A stretch of 64,000 nt of DNA from Minutocellus sp. GHC0000111 (Eukaryota), in assembly GCA_977018835.1 (NCBI GenBank), contig OZ361256.1, positions 6,944,001 through 7,008,000 of the forward strand. The letters are read 5' to 3'. The notes beneath the pieces are model-generated. The model was not told the origin of the DNA. It was given only the letters and a program-made list of their open reading frames with translations, and made no database searches. A program made the position numbers and the translations under genes. Positions 46,354 to 55,458 of this stretch are shown piece by piece (the stretch's first letter is position 1; the number at the start of each line of letters is the position of its first letter).

Positions 46354-47292
46354 CTATTTTGTCTTTGATCGCTTCTTCCGTTGATTTCCTGTCTTCTCAG
46401 TCTTTTCTGTTGATTCGCCACCACTAGTGCGACTTTTTGCTGGCGCCTTTCTCTTCGCCGCTTGCTTCCTTGGCTGAAGCTTTTGTATGCTTGGGCATAT
46501 TGCCGAGGTTCGTCCTGCTGATGTTATCCATTTCACTGATCGCCCTTTGGCATCCTTGACCCCGCTGCCCTTTCTTTTATCCCACCGCCTGCGAAACAAC
46601 CAATCTGCAGGCAATTCATCTTCCATCCGAGAAACTGCAGTTTTGATGATAAAATTCAATTTTTCAACGATGACATCGCGCTCCGACGAAGTCAACATTG
46701 TCTGGTCGGGATGTATCTCGGCCTGATACAATACCTCATCACATATCCAATTTCCTACACCACTCACAATCGCTCTCTGATCCAGTAGCAGCTTTTTGAT
46801 CGCTGTAGTATTTTCGACAATCCCATCGAAATCAGTCTTCTCGGTCAATGCATCCGGGGCAAGCTCTGCAAACTCATCATCTGTCGCAGTACGCAGCACA
46901 ACCTTACCAAATCGACGAGGATCTGAAAACGCAACCTCGTGCTTATTCGACTTCAAGATGAGATGAGTGTGTGGGGGAGGGTACACATCATCACCTTTGA
47001 GACTTTCCAGTTTCAACACCCGTCCTGGACAAGAGATTCTCCCTGTCATGCCCATATGCAAATAAAGATGCTTCTCCTCACGGTCCTTGCATTTTAGTTC
47101 GATGCGAAGCAATTTACCTTTTCGTACTACATTCTTCACGGAACACTCCCTCACATCGTCCCACTCTGCCTCGCTCGGAAACCCCTTTGGAGGGGTAGGC
47201 GAGGGGGTTTCAATGAGAAGCTCTCCACTTCTGGCGCCAACCAAAGGCAGCAGCAGCTGCCGAAAATGTTCGACCTCTACCAATTCGGGCAT
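46354..47292 (-). CDS. mutM: Formamidopyrimidine-DNA glycosylase (zincless plant/fungal-type Fpg)
   Basis: MPELVEVE, RKGK, HMGMTG, DPRRFG, KKLLLDQ..SGVGNWICDEVLYQAEIHP, GRTS. Confidence 0.93.
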   Translation of the reverse strand: MPELVEVEHFRQLLLPLVGARSGELLIETPSPTPPKGFPSEAEWDDVRECSVKNVVRKGKLLRIELKCKDREEKHLYLHMGMTGRISCPGRVLKLESLKGDDVYPPPHTHLILKSNKHEVAFSDPRRFGKVVLRTATDDEFAELAPDALTEKTDFDGIVENTTAIKKLLLDQRAIVSGVGNWICDEVLYQAEIHPDQTMLTSSERDVIVEKLNFIIKTAVSRMEDELPADWLFRRRWDKRKGSGVKDAKGRSVKWITSAGRTSAICPSIQKLQPRKQAAKRKAPAKSRTSGGESTEKTEKTGNQRKKRSKTK

Positions 47293-47471
47293 GATAGAAT
47301 TGAAGAATGAGCTAGTCGGAGGCCCATCCTAGTGCCAGCCAGTCGTAATAGTTACCGCCAGTTAGGGTTTAGCAGTTTTGCAGTTTGAGACTCTTCGAGC
47401 ACTTTGCACATTGCTTTGCAACTTTGATTGCATTGCAATCAATTGTTGCAATGAGCCGAGCGTCGATCGGG

Positions 47472-50066
47472 CACAGCCCCATCTCGTCTTGTTTCGCCGG
47501 TCGGATGAAGCGTTTTTCGGCAGAAGACGAACACGTCACGAAGAAACCCACCAAAACCCAATCTCGTTGTCACCCACTCTTTGACCGTCCAACACCATGG
47601 TGGTCCGTCGGCGTTGCGCCTGCGTATAACTATATTTTCGTACCAAATACGCATTCATTATCATGTTTGGATGTAGTTGAAGCTCACTGTATCATCAGAT
47701 TGGCCTCCGCTGCGTATCAACGCCACGAACCATCGGCCTACTTTTCCTCCATCTGTCGGCCGTTCGTTTCTCTGGGGTGGTGCCATTGCTCCGTCTTTGT
47801 GCTCGTCGTGCTCCCGTTGTGATGCCCCAGACCCTCTGGTACTTTCCCACGTTGTTGTTGATGATAAACTGCCGGGATTGCGCCGCACCCCCCGTATGAC
47901 CGACTCTCGCTGATCCCGACCGATCGCATCCCCACTCGACCTCCCGGAATTCCGACAACAATTTTGCGCCCGAGGAGAGACAGATGGTGTTGGGATAAGT
48001 TTATGCAACAATCAACCCGACAAAGGGACTTTTTGGTCTGGGAGATAAATGGGTGAGTTAAGAAGGACGTGATGTGTTTGTTTGGGTGTACTGTTTACTT
48101 TTTTGCTCAATCGCGACACTGTTTGTTGGATTGTGCAATTCATTTGTTGTTGTGTAGCAGCAGTGTAATTTCATTTTCTAATTTTACACATGCCCTGCTC
48201 CCATCTCTACATCCTCATCTCCATCGGTGGCCATCATGATCATTTGTTGGCGCTTGTCATCAGTTTCTGCTTTAACAGCTTCGGTCCTTGTCCTTTTCCT
48301 TGTTCTTGCCACCCGAGAGTTTCGCTCCCGCCTCTCCTCGACCTTTGGATTGGATGCCCTCTCCTCAGCCTTGAACTGCGCCGTCTGTTGGGCCTCACAT
48401 CCCTTGACGCCCTGAGTCCGACGATCTTCCTTAACGCCCTCTTGGTGGGCTCGCTCTACAAACGATTCGTCGAGCCAACAGATGCCGCCCCATCCATTCT
48501 TCACTAGCCAAATGTGTTGGTCCAAGATGTGATCTTCGATTAAGTGCCACTTGGGCGTTGTGCTAACACCGATTGCCCGTGCTTGCTTGAGGGCACTTGC
48601 AATCAATGCTTCAAGCTCTCTCACAGCCTTCTTTGCCTCATCATCCCATTTCATGTGCCATTTCAGAAACCTGGAACATGTTGCGTCAAGAGTGTGGAGC
48701 AAATTAGAGCAAGCTTTGCAGAGCTCTTTGATGTCGTCATCCGTCATGCCATCTTCCTCGCGATTGTGCTCTAGGAGAGTTCCTTTGGTGGAGGTGTCAT
48801 GGTGGATGAACTCTATTGTCCTTGGTTTCTTCTTGTTGTTGTTGCCATCAGAAACATCAACAGATAAAGCTCTCCAGCATTCTGCCAGCACTGCCCTTAT
48901 TTTACCTGAGTCGGCCGCCTCAATGCCGGCCTTTTTCAGGAAATGGAAGTGAGGGGCATCGTCATCCTCGGCATCATCGACAGCTCCCATCTCTGGCTCG
49001 CCATCACCGTGCTTCTGACGATTCTTCTCAAAGCACTGCTGCATGTGTGCTTCATGTGTAGCGTCCTCTCTCTTGCAATGTCAGCTTCGTCCTCACAACA
49101 GGGCACACAGTCCTCGTCTTCGTCGTCATCGTCCTCACTGATCTCGCCGGCCTCCGTCGTGGTCAGGGTGCCCACCGTCTCAACATCGTCGTCATTGTCC
49201 CACCCATCGTCCTGGCCATTACACCCACCAGGGAACTTCTGGGCCTCGAGCAACATCTGCCTGTTGATTTCGTAGTCCATCGCCGCATATCCCACCGACA
49301 TATGTGGTGCGACCGACTTGAGGAATGCATTACATGCCTTCGTCAAATTGAGCCGCGGCGGCGGCATTTCGAGGCGAAGTTGTTGCTCGACCGTGACCAT
49401 GTCGAAAGCCATCCATCCATCATCATGGAGAGCGTCGGCTGCACGAGGATTGACAGAACCGAGGCGAACAAACATGCTCTTTTTGTGTGGGGTTCGCTGA
49501 ACGTCGTCGGCAAGGCAGTGTCTTGATGCCATTTCATCCCATCCATTCTGGTTGTCTGTCCTCACAAAAAACACATCGCAGTCTTCGTGTTTCTTCTTCT
49601 TCAAACCCAAGATGCCCGCAGTGTGCATGACGGCGCCGTACATGATGGGACTGCATCCCAACACATTCATCAAGGAGTCGTTGTTGTTGCCGATGAAATT
49701 GTAGTAATGAAGTTCCTTTCTGCGAAGACGGACGAGCAGTTCAGCCAGGGCGTCCTGCACCGCAACTCTGTCTGCGGTGTTGACCGCGGGATTGCGGCCG
49801 TTGTTTTTTTTGCTCATGGAGAATTGTGGATCGAGACCAACGGGAATATCACCAGGATGTCGGGAGTGCCTGGTTGGTCTCGTGCCGTAATTCTCCCACA
49901 CCAGCGCGAGATATCGCCTTCGTTCTGCACGTAGCGGCGGCAATTTGAATTTTTGCCGCCATGGTGGCTCGCGTTGGGCGCGCCGGTCGGTTGCTTCGCG
50001 CGCCGGCCGGCCACCGAAAGTGCGACCAAAAGTATGTGAGTCATCCGGCTGGCAGATGGTGCTGTG
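47472..50066 (-). mobile_element. CAC-terminated DNA transposon (Transib/RAG/Chapaev-like) with asymmetric bipartite TIRs
   Basis: Left end CACAGCCCCATCT-CGTCTTGTTTC-GCCGGTCGGATGA (47472-47508). Right end reverse complement CACAGCACCATCT-GCCAGCCGGATGA (50066-50041). Encloses a transposase remnant. No TSD visible. Confidence 0.75.
48184..49817 (-). pseudogene. Transposase remnant with RAG1/Transib/Chapaev-type C-terminal motif; frameshift ~49045, probable internal deletion
   Basis: TTPKWHLIEDH (Hx4H) ... GGICWLDESFVERAHQ (ExxxE). The N-terminal part (MSKKNN, ATG at 49817) is in a different frame. The first two catalytic Asp and the CxxC are not recognisable. Confidence 0.7.
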
Positions 50067-50196
50067 TTTGCAGCACACATTTTGTGCCAGCTCACTTCGA
50101 AAGCCAACTAACTAAATAAACTGCGTCTGTCCGTCAACGACATCGACATCGGTTTATGCCCCTTGCCTCTATTTGCGTTGCTGCCAAAGGCGAACC

Positions 50197-51015
50197 ATGA
50201 TAGCGGGCACATTGCAAACAGATCCACGAAGCGGTGGCGTCAAGAAGTCGTCAGGGGTCAACGTGTTGCCAATTGTGGCCGAGACGTGGGATGAAGTTCG
50301 CGACGACAAGAATCTGGACGTCGACTGGTTGATAGCTGGTTATGCGGGCAGCAGCAAAACGGACATTACGACACTTCATAAAGGATGCGGTGGAGTTGGT
50401 GCCTGCTCCGCCGCCCTACCCAAAGGCATGGCCAGCTTTGGTGGATGCCGTCTATCGAGTGGCCGATTCGTATCATTCTTTCATGTAGCAGAGGGAACCC
50501 CCATCATGCAGAAGGGACGAGCGAGCATGTATAAAAATGGTGTCTTGAACGCTCTAAAGGGCTGCGATGTGGAGATAGAAATGAAACCTGGAATAACCGA
50601 GGCTGACCTATCATGTTCAGCGGGAGGTGGCGTTGGAAATGAAAACAACGGTGGGAAGCTGCCACCTCCTACTGGTAGTAGAAATAGGCCCTCGAATGAC
50701 ACAAGACCAGGACATGCTCCTGTTTTTGAAGAAAAATCAACGTCTGTATCAACAGCCAATGGTGCGCACGATGAATCTAATGATGTACTCGGTGAGACAG
50801 GTGTAAAGTCGCTCCACATATCAGATGCAGGATTTATCCCATACTCAGCCCTCAAAGATGCACAAGATCTCCCATCGAGAGTCGATCCTGCGAAGAAAGA
50901 ACTTTCGTTGTCAGATGAAGAATTTGATTCTACATTTGGCATGGATAAAGTGGCTTTTTCATCACTCCCCACCTGGAAACGGAATGCGAAAAAGAAGGAA
51001 GTTGGACTCTTTTGA
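50197..51015 (+). CDS. Actin-binding protein: ADF-H/coactosin-like domain plus villin headpiece
   Basis: WDEVRDD..DWLIAGY...GTPIMQKGRASMYK; C-terminal LSDEEFDSTFGMDKVAFSSLPTWKRNAKKKEVGLF. Confidence 0.85.
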   Translation: MIAGTLQTDPRSGGVKKSSGVNVLPIVAETWDEVRDDKNLDVDWLIAGYAGSSKTDITTLHKGCGGVGACSAALPKGMASFGGCRLSSGRFVSFFHVAEGTPIMQKGRASMYKNGVLNALKGCDVEIEMKPGITEADLSCSAGGGVGNENNGGKLPPPTGSRNRPSNDTRPGHAPVFEEKSTSVSTANGAHDESNDVLGETGVKSLHISDAGFIPYSALKDAQDLPSRVDPAKKELSLSDEEFDSTFGMDKVAFSSLPTWKRNAKKKEVGLF

Positions 51016-51136
51016 TCAGAAATTTATGTTCATTTGCAAAGTGCCTCTATGCGTAGCCAAGTAGCTACGCCAACACTTGTGTCTAGCTTCGTACGTTGTA
51101 GACGGAAGAGTAGCAATGGAATTCCTATCCTTATGA

Positions 51137-52897
51137 TCATCTTCGCATCAAACCAAATCCAAAAGGACCGTTCCTTTTCTTATCCGAATCCTCCTCATCT
51201 TCACTACTAGCCTTGTTGTAAACAGTAGCAAAGGGATCGTCGTCGTTAACTTCTTGCTCGCTGCCTGACCCATTCTTCTCCAAATTATCAGGTGCTTTGC
51301 TTCCACCATCCAGCAGAGCCTGCTGGACCACGTCACGCTTAAGCGGACCCAACTTCAAATTACCGCCCGTCCCACGAGTGCCCACCAGCTCTTCTGCATC
51401 CGATTCTGATAAATTTTGTACATCTAACAACCCAGATAAGTTTCCGATGGAGTTGTTGTGAGAAGTCATACTTCCTCGACTTGATGCATAACTCCCCCGA
51501 CGAAAGTAACTGCTACTACCTCCAAACATGCCAGTGCTTGTTATGGATGAACGCCGCCAACCACTTTTCGATCCTTGAAGGCTGCTCTCCGCAGATTGCG
51601 GTGTCAAAGAAGTTCGCTTCTGCAATACGTGTCTACTGCTCGTTCCCTGCATTTGATTTTTTAATCGCTCCCTTCGGGAATCGTCCTGCATTTCCTCCAC
51701 CGCCCTCCGTAGATCTTCACAGGCCCGGTCAGCACCATCCTTCATGGATAGCGCCTCGTCCCGCTCCTTAGTAATGCGACGAATTTGTAAATGTGCCTCC
51801 TGTAAGTCGGCCTGAGCCTGTGCAAGTTGTAGTTTCATCTCGACAACTTCTTGTTCCAACAAGGCTGCTCGGTCCTCATCTTCTTCTTCTTCCTCCTTCT
51901 CCAAATCAAGACTATGGACAGCCTCATCGGCTGCACTATCCTTCTCATTTTCAATTTTTGCAGTTTCATGCAATTCTGCCTCTTGCGATTCTATTTTGGA
52001 TTGCATCTCGTCGATATGTTCGCCACTGATTTCAGTCTGTATCGCGATACTCGATGTCTTCGGCCGACCTCGCCGACTCCGTTCACCTGATGAGTGCTTT
52101 TGCGATCGTGAACTTTTCTTCGTATCCGATCGATGACTATTCTGTTTCCCTGTCACATCACTCATTTTCACTTTCACATCTGTTGGTGAATTCGACTTCT
52201 TGTCAGACCGTGATGATTTCTGTTGCTTCTTCAATTTCGATGTCGACCCCGCAGGTGCCAGGATGTATGGCCCTTGACCCGCATGATATGGACTTAAAAT
52301 GGACCCCGATTCCATCGATGCATCTTCTATTAGTGCTCCTCCGTAACCTTTCCTAATGTAAGGCCCCTTCCCTGCGTGGTAGCTAGGAGCAGTGCCAAGG
52401 GAAGCGACCGAGATATCGCGACTAGATTTGCTGCCGGCATCGCTATTTTGACTGCTTCGTCTGTGATTCTTATCGACTTGGGCAACCGAATCCATTTCAC
52501 AAATCACTTTCTGACCGCCACTTTTCAATGCGCCGCTCGTCGTCGAAACCGAAACTGGCTGATGCATGGTTGTGGTATGCCTTCCGTCAAGGCCGACATG
52601 ATCAAAAGAGTACTCTTCTGGCATCGAGCCATATGTCGCGACAGAGCCCATGCTCATTCTTCGATTAGCAGCAGTTGAGAGGCGCCTCTTCCCCGGCGTT
52701 CCCAGCTTTGATGATGATGATGTCAGCACACCGTTACCAGCGCGGTTCGAACCATGATCCTCGCCATCACTATCTGTGTCGAGATCATCCAGGACATCAA
52801 GTTTGGTTTGTGACCTATTCCTGATAATAATTTCGTGACCATCGACGAGCTCAAGCAAACCCTCGTCGTCCGAATCTAAATTGGTTACAAGAGGCAT
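51137..52897 (-). CDS. Ser-rich coiled-coil protein of unknown function
   Basis: ~586 aa ORF with heptad region LEQEVVEMKLQLAQAQADLQE. Confidence 0.75.
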   Translation of the reverse strand: MPLVTNLDSDDEGLLELVDGHEIIIRNRSQTKLDVLDDLDTDSDGEDHGSNRAGNGVLTSSSSKLGTPGKRRLSTAANRRMSMGSVATYGSMPEEYSFDHVGLDGRHTTTMHQPVSVSTTSGALKSGGQKVICEMDSVAQVDKNHRRSSQNSDAGSKSSRDISVASLGTAPSYHAGKGPYIRKGYGGALIEDASMESGSILSPYHAGQGPYILAPAGSTSKLKKQQKSSRSDKKSNSPTDVKVKMSDVTGKQNSHRSDTKKSSRSQKHSSGERSRRGRPKTSSIAIQTEISGEHIDEMQSKIESQEAELHETAKIENEKDSAADEAVHSLDLEKEEEEEDEDRAALLEQEVVEMKLQLAQAQADLQEAHLQIRRITKERDEALSMKDGADRACEDLRRAVEEMQDDSRRERLKNQMQGTSSRHVLQKRTSLTPQSAESSLQGSKSGWRRSSITSTGMFGGSSSYFRRGSYASSRGSMTSHNNSIGNLSGLLDVQNLSESDAEELVGTRGTGGNLKLGPLKRDVVQQALLDGGSKAPDNLEKNGSGSEQEVNDDDPFATVYNKASSEDEEDSDKKRNGPFGFGLMRR

Positions 52898-53294
52898 CCT
52901 ACTGCTTCGTTGCAACGTACTGAAAAGGGAATGCCAAAGGCCACTGCGCGTTTGGCTCCGCAAATAAATAATGACCAGCAATACTCACGGCCCAAGCGGC
53001 AAGCAAGTGCCGTGGGGCGGTGCGGCCGGTGTTCGGGCGCTGGGCGCTGCATAAGTATGGGCGCTCTTGCGCTCTTATGGCGATGCCATGGTGTGGGCCA
53101 TCTCTAATCTTCATTTTCTGATACGTCATTTTGATCTCACTAGCTAGGCTGGTGGCCGATGCGATAGATGTGTGATCGAGATGTGTGGGCTGTTCCGCTG
53201 TCGCGATGCTTTGGCACATCTAGACTCTACAGTACTAAAAGATATATCTACTTGATAATGAGAGCCCCCATACCCAGCAGCAGCTCTCCCAATG

Positions 53295-54629
53295 CTATCT
53301 GGCCAAAGCATATCGCGTCGAGTGTATTCCGCCACCTTCAGCCGACGACAACGTTTCGCAAACAATCTCCCAACCATCCAAACTTTTCATAGCGCCACCC
53401 CCCTCTTCCTCGTCACCGTCGTCGTTAAGGGCAATTCCCATTTCTTCTTCTGCAACCTTCTTGATTGCATCTATGCACAGTCTGCGCACACTGGCCTCGT
53501 CCATACCTACCGTCCACTCTTTCTTGAGCAAGTTATTGGCGAGCTCGTGGCCTCTTCCAATTGCATGAGCAACGAAGGGACCCCGTACCATCCCCGATGG
53601 TCCAACTGATAATATGGACGACCCATTAATATCCTGACCACCATTCCACCCAACTCCAAGCACCATTACTTCCAATCCAAAGGGTCGCGACATTTGAAAT
53701 TTATTATCCCTCCCATTATCCCCAGCATTGTTATCATCTCTTAGGGGACCAATCCCATCGCCAGCTTCCTTGTCCCGGTCATATCCCAGGAAGGATAGAA
53801 ATGCTTGACTTATCGATTCGGCCACATCAATTGGTCCAGGAGGGACGTCGTATCGGTCCCAAACCTCCACCGACTTTGTTCGGATCAGCGTCAGCAAAAG
53901 ATTGAGATCGGGTTTCAGACCACTCGCTGCCAAAGCAACGACCGAGTTTGCAGGGGTCGAAATGGCAGTCGTAGAAGAGGTCTTTACGTCATCCACAAGT
54001 TCAGGGACAGAATCTGCACATGATACGACATGGATGGCCCTGCTCCCACCACTGTCATCGGCGCTGCTGCCAAGACGAGTTGATCGAAGCCCTTTCCGCA
54101 CTCGTTGGAGGGAGCAGCAAATCACCGAGGCATCGTTGTTGCCACCCTGGCTATCTCTCGGCCCTGTTGCAACGGCTGCCACGACAATGGTGCCCCCGTA
54201 CGGTCCGACGGCAGCTCGATGAGCATTGCGAATCTGTGGAGACCCACCGTACGAATCTAATGCGGACGGTGACACATAATCGTAAGGGCTCTGCGGCAGT
54301 TCTAGTCTCCAGTCCTCCTCCTCTTCATTATTCTCATCGTCACTGCTCGAGTTCTCGTTGTCGTCGCCTTCATCGTCACCACCGCCGCCGCGAATATTCC
54401 AAGGAAACGCACTCGGTACGTGTAAGCTGCGGCTAAAGCCACCAAAGGAGCAGCCAACAGCTGCACTGCCACCACGGCGGGAATGTGGCGGCAATCTTTC
54501 GCCAAGAAGTGCGGAGGAGGAAGAAAGAGAACAGTCAGATGACGCTTCCACACCTGCGACCGATATTCCGGACAGAACGAACGAGGCGAGGGAAAAGGTA
54601 CGCCGCCGGTGCTTGCTCGTCGATGCCAT
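53295..54629 (-). CDS. Divergent 20S proteasome alpha-type subunit with signal and transit-like leader
   Basis: YDY..S..G.SPQI..A..A, ASGLKPD, SRPFGLEVMVLG, VGPSG, AHAIGRG. Hydrophobic leader, Ser/Arg-rich stretch, then IRGG. Confidence 0.72.
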   Translation of the reverse strand: MASTSKHRRRTFSLASFVLSGISVAGVEASSDCSLSSSSALLGERLPPHSRRGGSAAVGCSFGGFSRSLHVPSAFPWNIRGGGGDDEGDDNENSSSDDENNEEEEDWRLELPQSPYDYVSPSALDSYGGSPQIRNAHRAAVGPYGGTIVVAAVATGPRDSQGGNNDASVICCSLQRVRKGLRSTRLGSSADDSGGSRAIHVVSCADSVPELVDDVKTSSTTAISTPANSVVALAASGLKPDLNLLLTLIRTKSVEVWDRYDVPPGPIDVAESISQAFLSFLGYDRDKEAGDGIGPLRDDNNAGDNGRDNKFQMSRPFGLEVMVLGVGWNGGQDINGSSILSVGPSGMVRGPFVAHAIGRGHELANNLLKKEWTVGMDEASVRRLCIDAIKKVAEEEMGIALNDDGDEEEGGGAMKSLDGWEIVCETLSSAEGGGIHSTRYALAR

Positions 54630-55458
54630 CGTCGCTGCCTGCGTTCGAATGATAGAAGTCAGAATGATGCGAACGATACGCGAACGGCGGTCGAACTGCT
54701 TGTGGCGACTCCCTTTTGATCTTTTTCTTTTTTCTTTCTTTTTCATTTTTGGGGGATCGCGCAACTTCAACAAAGATGACGAAGCGGCCGATTTTCGTTA
54801 GTTAGTTAGAGAGAGAGAGAGAGAGGATTCATTCGTATTCTGCGCACTGCCTTGCATGCAGAATGGCATGGGCAGTGACGGTGACTGACGCTACATGTAA
54901 GGCTGAATGAATTGAATGCATGTGCATGTCTGTGCAGTGGAAAATTGTCACACATGCATAGCCCGTCATTCGAGCAGGGAATACATGTATGGATACTGCG
55001 AGCAATTCCGAGGTTACAGAAGTGGCCCTGAACATCAGCTCAGACAGTTAGCTGCTAGGCTACCTACCGGCGTTACATGTAGGAATTCCCACATGCAGAC
55101 TCTGCCGGTGACTTGCCACAGACTTTCTGGATCCCATCTCTTCAAGATAATAACTCGATGAACGTTTACGTAGATTTTACTAATACATGTTTAAACGTTT
55201 ATGCAGAAAATTGTCATACATGTAATCTTTTCAGTCCGGTCGGTGTCCAGTGCACCAGCTACGTAGCTAGCTCACGCACACTCTGCCGACCATCGCGGTG
55301 TGACGCGGCAACTGAACCTCAAAAACTCCCTTTGCGCCGAAGCTTCACAAGAATGAAACGGCCACAACCACGCCCACAACCACGCCACCGCCACCGATCG
55401 GTGCCAGGCACCAGGCTCCAACCCGCGGATCACTCTGCTAGCTAGTTAGTAGGAAAGC

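Noticed and set aside
47385..48011. Possible RAG2-like partner ORF inside the CAC-ended element
   Set aside because: Only short ORFs (up to 145 aa) with no kelch or PHD pattern, and the space is too small.
54930..55225. Repeated GAAAATTGTCA[C/T]ACATG (~54940 and ~55206) as a MITE
   Set aside because: Short direct repeat only; no terminal inverted repeats or TSD found.
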